NCBI GenBank assembly: GCA_022775805.1
Contig: JALFKB010000102.1
Location: 1-62,349 of the forward strand
Reading direction: 5' to 3'
Origin: Clostridiales bacterium
GTDB taxonomy: Bacteria; Bacillota; Clostridia; Peptostreptococcales; Anaerovoracaceae
Length of the DNA stretch: 62,349 bases
Of this stretch, positions 56,972-62,349 are shown one piece after another. The notes under the pieces were generated by a model that did not search any database, was not told where the DNA came from, and worked only from the letters and a program-made list of their open reading frames with translations. The translations under genes and the position numbers were made by a program. Within the stretch, counting starts at the first letter, position 1. Each line of letters opens with the position of its first letter.

Positions 56972-58798
56972 CTAAACCTCCATGAATATCGGAAGAATAA
57001 TCGGACTTCTCTCGGTTTTGCTATAGATGTACTTCCTGAGGCCTTCTCTCACCGCTGTCTTAATTCCGTTCCAGTCCTTCATGTTCTTTGCAAGACAGTC
57101 AATTATTATTGACTCCGCCCTTTCACAGGCTGCATCTATGAGATCTTCATTCTCTCTCACATATACAAAGCCTCTGGAAATGATATCAGGTCCGGCAACA
57201 ATCATCCCCGCCTCCTTATCTATGGATGCCACCACAATGATAAGTCCTGACTCAGAGAGCAGCCTTCTGTCTCTCAGAACGATATTTCCAACATCGCCCA
57301 CTCCCAGACCGTCAACAAATATGCCCTCTGCATCTGCAACCTTCTCGGTTTTCACAGCTCCCTTATTGGAAAGTGTCAGAGCATCACCGTTATTCAGAAT
57401 GAAGATTCTGTCTCTCGGCATTCCAAGATCATGTGCCAGGTCCGCATGGGTCTGAAGGTGACGTGCCTCACCGTGAACAGGCATGAAATACTTCGGCCTG
57501 ATAAGGGAATGCATCAGCTTCAGTTCCTCCCGGCATGCATGTCCTGATACATGGGTCTCCGCAATGTCGGAGTATATAACCTCGGCGCCCTTTGCCACAA
57601 GCTGGTTAACAACATTTGCAACGGTAAGCTCATTACCCGGCACCGGTGTCGATGAGAGAATGACCATGTCATTGGCTCTGATGTTAATAGCCTTGTGATC
57701 GTTTGAGGCCATCCTTGCCAGAGCCGACATCGGTTCCCCCTGGCTGCCGGTTGTGATTACTACAAGCTCCCTGTCCGGAATGTTTCCTGCCTTGTTAAGG
57801 TCTATGAGTCTGCTTTCAGGAATCTTGATGTAACCCAGCTCCCTGGCAAGTTCCACCACATTCACCATGCTTCTTCCGGATACCGCAACCTTTCTGTTGC
57901 ACTGGAGAGCGATATCTATTATCTTCTGAATTCGGTGGACATTTGAAGAAAATGTTGCAATGATGATTCTCTTCTTGGATCTTCTGAATATGCCGTCAAG
58001 GGTTTCTCCCACCACCATTTCCGACTGGGCATATCCGGGACGTACAACATTGGTGCTGTCTGCCATCATCAGCATCACACCCTCTGAGCCTATCTGTGCC
58101 AGCCTGGCGAAGTCAATCGGATTACCGTCAACAGGTGTGAAGTCTATCTTGAAGTCTCCTGTATGAAATACCCTGCCTGCCGGAGTCTTGATGCTGTAGC
58201 ATACCGAATCCGCAATGGAGTGGGTAATCCTTATGGGTTCTATGGTGAAATACCGTCCCAGACGGAATTCCTTTCCTGCTTCAATAACATGGAAATCTCC
58301 ACGTATTCCGTGCTCCTTCAGCTTGTTCTCAATAAGACCAAGGGGGAATCTGAGCCCATATATCGGAACGTTTATTTCCTTCAGCAGATACGGAATTGCA
58401 CCGATGTGATCCTCATGTCCATGTGTAATAATAAGTCCCTTAATCTTTTTATCGGTATTTACTATGTAATCGAAGTCGGGAATTACCTTATCGATTCCGA
58501 ACATGTCATCGTCGGGAAAGGACAGACCGCAGTCTATAAGAATTATTTCATTCTCATATTCAATGGCTGTCATGTTCTTTCCGATTTCACCCAGACCGCC
58601 AAGAGGGATAATCTTAACCTCTGCAGGCTGTTTCTTTTCCTGTTTTGCCTTTCTGATCTGTTTCTTAGGTGCCGACTTTGACTTTCTGGTATCTGTTTTG
58701 CCCGCCGCCTTTGATACAGCCTTCACCGCTGACTTTGCAGCGGGCTTTCTTGTCTGTTTTGTTTTCTTTTGTTTTGTTTTATTCTCTTTATCTCCCAT
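56972..58798 (-). CDS. rnj: Ribonuclease J
   Basis: LGGLGEIGKNM, THGHEDHIG, HTGDFK, TGSQGEP, HVSGHA, PVHGE. Confidence 0.97.
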   Translation of the reverse strand: MGDKENKTKQKKTKQTRKPAAKSAVKAVSKAAGKTDTRKSKSAPKKQIRKAKQEKKQPAEVKIIPLGGLGEIGKNMTAIEYENEIILIDCGLSFPDDDMFGIDKVIPDFDYIVNTDKKIKGLIITHGHEDHIGAIPYLLKEINVPIYGLRFPLGLIENKLKEHGIRGDFHVIEAGKEFRLGRYFTIEPIRITHSIADSVCYSIKTPAGRVFHTGDFKIDFTPVDGNPIDFARLAQIGSEGVMLMMADSTNVVRPGYAQSEMVVGETLDGIFRRSKKRIIIATFSSNVHRIQKIIDIALQCNRKVAVSGRSMVNVVELARELGYIKIPESRLIDLNKAGNIPDRELVVITTGSQGEPMSALARMASNDHKAINIRANDMVILSSTPVPGNELTVANVVNQLVAKGAEVIYSDIAETHVSGHACREELKLMHSLIRPKYFMPVHGEARHLQTHADLAHDLGMPRDRIFILNNGDALTLSNKGAVKTEKVADAEGIFVDGLGVGDVGNIVLRDRRLLSESGLIIVVASIDKEAGMIVAGPDIISRGFVYVRENEDLIDAACERAESIIIDCLAKNMKDWNGIKTAVREGLRKYIYSKTERSPIILPIFMEV

Positions 58799-58817
58799 TT
58801 AATTCCTTTCCGGAACT

Positions 58818-61322
58818 TTAACCTTTAACAACAACGTTTATGAGTCTTCCCGGAACAGCTATCACCTTCACAACGTTCATGCCGGCGGTAAGTTCCTTAA
58901 TTGTTTCGTTATCCTCTGCTATCTTCAGCATTTCCTCTCTTGTTGCTTCACCGGGGATGTTGATCTTTTCCTTGTTCTTGCCGTTAATCTGAACAACAAT
59001 TTCAACCTCATCCTTTACCAGTGCTGCTTCATCGTATGAAGGCCAGCTCTGTTCATGCACCGAACCTTCATATCCGAGATCCTGCCAGATTTCCTCTGTA
59101 ATATGAGGTACAAACGGCGCCATGAGAACAATTACAGTTCTGACAGCTGTGCCGAAGAGAGCCTGATTGACATCTCCTTCTCTGTACTTGTACAGCTCGT
59201 TCACAAGCTCCATAACTGCACTGATTGCAGTGTTAAAGTTGAATCTCTCTTCTATGTCGTTTGATACTCTTCTGATTGTGTCATTAAGAACCCGGTTAAG
59301 TTCCTTGTCTTCTTTGTTTCTTATTTCGTAGTCGCCGCAGTCTGCGCATCCTGTTTCTGAGAAATCATATGCCAGTCTCCATATTCTGTTGAGGAATCTG
59401 AAGCAGCCCTCAACACCCTTGTCTGACCAGTCAAGCTCCCTTTCAGGAGGAGCAGCAAACAGAATGAAGAGTCTTGCGGTATCTGCACCGTACTTTTCTA
59501 TTATTTCTGCCGGGCTTACAACGTTTCCGAGAGACTTACTCATCTTCGCCTTGATATATTCACCCTCGGCATTCTCATAGCCCTTAATTACCATGCCCTG
59601 AGTAAGAAGGTTCTTAAACGGCTCATCGTCCTTAACCAGACCCAGGTCATGAAGTGCCATCTGGAAGAATCTGGCGTACATGAGGTGCATGATGGCATGT
59701 TCAACTCCGCCGATATACTGATCAACATTCATCCAGTAATCAGCCTTTTCCTTGGAGAACACTTCCTTATCGTTTCTGGCGTCACAGTATCTGAGGAAAT
59801 ACCATGAGGAATCCAGGAATGTATCCATGGTGTCAACCTCCCTCTTGGCAGGCTGTCCGCATACTGGACAAACTGTATCAACGAAGGTCTTGCTTGTTAC
59901 AATCGGTGATTCTCCCTTGCCGGTGAACTCAACATCCGTAGGAAGCATAACCGGAAGGTTTTCTTCCTTTTCAGGCACCCATCCGCAGTGTTCACAGTAA
60001 ATCATAGGAATAGGTGTTCCCCAGTATCTCTGACGTGAAATGAGCCAGTCACGAAGTCTGTAATTTACAGTCTTGTGTCCGATTCCTCTCTCCTCTGCAA
60101 CCTGGGCAATCTTTTCGATTGCATCCTTGTTGTTCATTCCCGTAAACTCACCTGAATTGATTACAGTACCTTCCGCAGCGCATGCCGCCTGGAGATTGTT
60201 CAGATCAATTTCAGGATCATGCGGGTCGATTACCGGAATGATCTCGATTCCGAACATTTTAGCGAAATCAAAGTCACGCTGGTCGTGGGCAGGTACACCC
60301 ATTACAGCTCCGGTTCCGTATCCCATAAGAACATAGTCTGAGATGTATATAGGCATTTCCTTTCCTGTGAAAGGATTTACAGCATACTTTCCGATGAAAA
60401 CACCAGTCTTCTCATTTGCAGTAGATGTTCTGTCGATTTCGCTCATGTGTGAACATCTTTCGATGTACTCCTTAACAGGAGCTTCATATTCAGTACCCTC
60501 AACCATATCAAGAACCGACGGATACTCCGGAGCCAGCACCATAAAGGTTGTTCCGTATATGGTATCCACACGGGTTGTGAATACAGTCAGTGTCTCGTCA
60601 TAATCCTTCACCTTGAAATCAACCTCGGCACCGTGGGACTTGCCAATCCAGTTTCTCTGCATTGTCTTAACCTTTTCAGGCCATCCGTCCAGCTTGCCGT
60701 TGTCCAGGTTTTCAAGAAGATGCTCTGCATAATCCGTAATCTTAAAGTACCACTGGGAAAGATTCTTCTTTCCTACTGCAGTGCCGCACCTTTCACAGCA
60801 GCCGTCAACAACCTGCTCGTTGGCAAGTACAGTCTGGCAGCTTGGACACCAGTTTACTGGGTTTTCTTTCTTGTATGCCAGTCCTGCCTTGTAGAACTGA
60901 ATGAAAATCCACTGCATCCACCTGTAGTAGTCAGGATGACATGTAGCACATTCTCTGTCCCAGTCATATGAAAGACCCAGCTCCTTAAGCTGTTCCTCCA
61001 TTTCATGTATGTTTGCCCAGGTCCACTCTGCAGGAGGTGTTCCGTTCTTGATTGCAGCATTCTCTGCAGGAAGTCCGAATCCGTCGAAACCCATAGGGTG
61101 AATAACGTTGAAGCCCTTCATTTTCTTGAATCTGGCAATAACATCTCCAATGGAATAGTTTCTCACATGTCCCATATGAAGCTTGCCTGAAGGATAAGGG
61201 AACATTTCAAGGACATAGTATTTTTCCTTGTCCGGATCCTCAACTACCTTAAAGGCCTTGGTATCCTCCCAGTTTTTCTGCCACTTTTTTTCGATTTCGC
61301 TGAAATTGTATCTTTCCTGCAT
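58818..61322 (-). CDS. leuS: Leucine--tRNA ligase
   Basis: [31 protein letters not shown] follows GGAGG. Confidence 0.98.
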   Translation of the reverse strand: MQERYNFSEIEKKWQKNWEDTKAFKVVEDPDKEKYYVLEMFPYPSGKLHMGHVRNYSIGDVIARFKKMKGFNVIHPMGFDGFGLPAENAAIKNGTPPAEWTWANIHEMEEQLKELGLSYDWDRECATCHPDYYRWMQWIFIQFYKAGLAYKKENPVNWCPSCQTVLANEQVVDGCCERCGTAVGKKNLSQWYFKITDYAEHLLENLDNGKLDGWPEKVKTMQRNWIGKSHGAEVDFKVKDYDETLTVFTTRVDTIYGTTFMVLAPEYPSVLDMVEGTEYEAPVKEYIERCSHMSEIDRTSTANEKTGVFIGKYAVNPFTGKEMPIYISDYVLMGYGTGAVMGVPAHDQRDFDFAKMFGIEIIPVIDPHDPEIDLNNLQAACAAEGTVINSGEFTGMNNKDAIEKIAQVAEERGIGHKTVNYRLRDWLISRQRYWGTPIPMIYCEHCGWVPEKEENLPVMLPTDVEFTGKGESPIVTSKTFVDTVCPVCGQPAKREVDTMDTFLDSSWYFLRYCDARNDKEVFSKEKADYWMNVDQYIGGVEHAIMHLMYARFFQMALHDLGLVKDDEPFKNLLTQGMVIKGYENAEGEYIKAKMSKSLGNVVSPAEIIEKYGADTARLFILFAAPPERELDWSDKGVEGCFRFLNRIWRLAYDFSETGCADCGDYEIRNKEDKELNRVLNDTIRRVSNDIEERFNFNTAISAVMELVNELYKYREGDVNQALFGTAVRTVIVLMAPFVPHITEEIWQDLGYEGSVHEQSWPSYDEAALVKDEVEIVVQINGKNKEKINIPGEATREEMLKIAEDNETIKELTAGMNVVKVIAVPGRLINVVVKG

Positions 61323-61335
61323 TGTTAACCTCCAT

Positions 61336-61680
61336 CTATTCAACTTCTGTGAGCTCACAATCGCCCCAGATTCTTTCAATATTGTATTTCTCCCTCATTT
61401 CAGGGGTCATAACATTAACAACAACATCGCCGTAGTCCATCAGTATCCAGCCTGATGTCTTTCTTCCCTCCACGCTTTTGGGGAATACTCCCTGTGGCTC
61501 CATGAGATCCTCCACGCTTTCAACAAGGGCTGCAACCTGTCTGTCGCTTCCCCCCGATGCAAGCACGAAGAAATCCGCGAAGCTGGCCTTAGGTGAAATG
61601 TCTATAACAGCAACATCCATTCCCTTCTTGTCGCTTAGAACCTTGGCGATTGCTTCGGCTTTTGCTCTTTCTTCATTCAT
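61336..61680 (-). CDS. rsfS: Ribosome silencing factor
   Basis: DKKG.D, D.FV.ASG.S.RQV, W.LMD.GDVVV, R..Y..E..W. Confidence 0.95.
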   Translation of the reverse strand: MNEERAKAEAIAKVLSDKKGMDVAVIDISPKASFADFFVLASGGSDRQVAALVESVEDLMEPQGVFPKSVEGRKTSGWILMDYGDVVVNVMTPEMREKYNIERIWGDCELTEVE

Positions 61681-62258
61681 CCGATTTTCTCCTTAATATC
61701 ATTAAATGCTTCTATTGTGTCATTATCAATGAACTTGTCTGCGGCTTTAAGAAACTCAATCGTTCCCTCAAGGGATTTAAGGCATCCTCTGTCAAGGCTT
61801 TCCTCTGCAGCATCCCTGATTGCCTCCACACCAGGGTAATCTCTCCCCGGTTCTATGGCATCCGCCAGAAAGACAATCTTCTCAAGAGTCGTCATTCCGG
61901 ATCTTCCGGTCGTATGGTAAGAAACAGCATCCAGGATTTCTCTGTCGTCAATGCCGAATAAGCTCTGTGCAAAGGCAGCCCCCACCTTGCTGTGAGCCAG
62001 GTTTACATTATTCCTGTAGCGCTCCGGCAGTCCAAGTTCATCAACCAGGCTGTTTAGCCTCTCAGCAGGAAGGTTTCTGGCACAATCGTGGAGCAGAGCG
62101 GCAATTTTAGCCCTTCTCTCATCAGCCCCCTCCCTTCCGGACATGGCCACTGCTGTCTCTGCAACTCTAAATGTGTGCTGCAGCCTTGACTCCTTCAGGT
62201 TGTTTCTTATGTATTCAAGAATCTTCGCCTTCAGTCTTTCATAGTCTGTAGAGTTCAT
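61677..62258 (-). CDS. yqeK: Ap4A hydrolase YqeK (HD domain)
   Basis: R..H...V, ALLHDCA, H...GA, YHTTG, AD.IEPGR. nadD-yqeK-rsfS synteny. Confidence 0.93.
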   Translation of the reverse strand: MNSTDYERLKAKILEYIRNNLKESRLQHTFRVAETAVAMSGREGADERRAKIAALLHDCARNLPAERLNSLVDELGLPERYRNNVNLAHSKVGAAFAQSLFGIDDREILDAVSYHTTGRSGMTTLEKIVFLADAIEPGRDYPGVEAIRDAAEESLDRGCLKSLEGTIEFLKAADKFIDNDTIEAFNDIKEKIG

Positions 62259-62349
62259 TCTCCCTAATATACCTTTCCACAGCCGGAGGAACCAGATGGG
62301 CTATTGATCTGCCCTCAGCTATTCTCTCCCTTATTTCCGTTGAAGAAAC
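62239..62349 (-). CDS. nadD: Nicotinate-nucleotide adenylyltransferase, 3' end (truncated by window edge)
   Basis: Reverse complement reads [36 protein letters not shown]. Confidence 0.9.
   Translation of the reverse strand, partial: VSSTEIRERIAEGRSIAHLVPPAVERYIRENELYRL

Noticed and set aside
5249-62118. GAGAAGGG (B. subtilis SRS) polarity toward the dif-like site
   Set aside because: By eye several copies point toward it (about 5249, 5453, 62111) but counter-oriented copies also occur (about 11665, 38588). A genome-wide count is needed.
1-62349. CRISPR array, IS elements, rRNA, and the many antisense or nested ORFs in the six-frame track
   Set aside because: No regularly spaced repeats, transposase motifs or rRNA sequence were seen. 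The extra ORFs are shadows of well-supported genes with no recognisable motifs.

Overview
Core-chromosome window of an anaerobic Firmicute (gene content and order suggest Clostridia, possibly Anaerovoracaceae/family XIII; this is inference). Up to ~33.6 kb genes are mostly on the + strand: dut-dgt-dnaG-rpoD-trmK-nif3-rnpB, two tRNAs, mscL, a deacetylase, murI-nadE, nifS-nifU-mnmA, a DUF1015-glycine cleavage operon, and alaS-ireB-ruvX. After ~33.9 kb every gene is on the - strand: nadD...leuS, rnj, efp, mltG, nusB, xseAB, ispA, dxs, mutSL, miaA, a tyrosine recombinase, ynbB and yneA. At the convergence point lies a near-palindromic 11-6-11 bp dif-like site (33713-33740) flanked by two hairpins. 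It is 2.7 kb from an XerS-like recombinase and next to a yneA gene carrying SOS boxes. This is the best candidate for an uncharacterised system: a single-recombinase chromosome dimer resolution module at the replication terminus. The second oddity is a diverged, mostly synonymous duplicate of the alaS promoter plus its first 95 codons, followed by a small membrane ORF. No CRISPR array, prophage or IS was seen.
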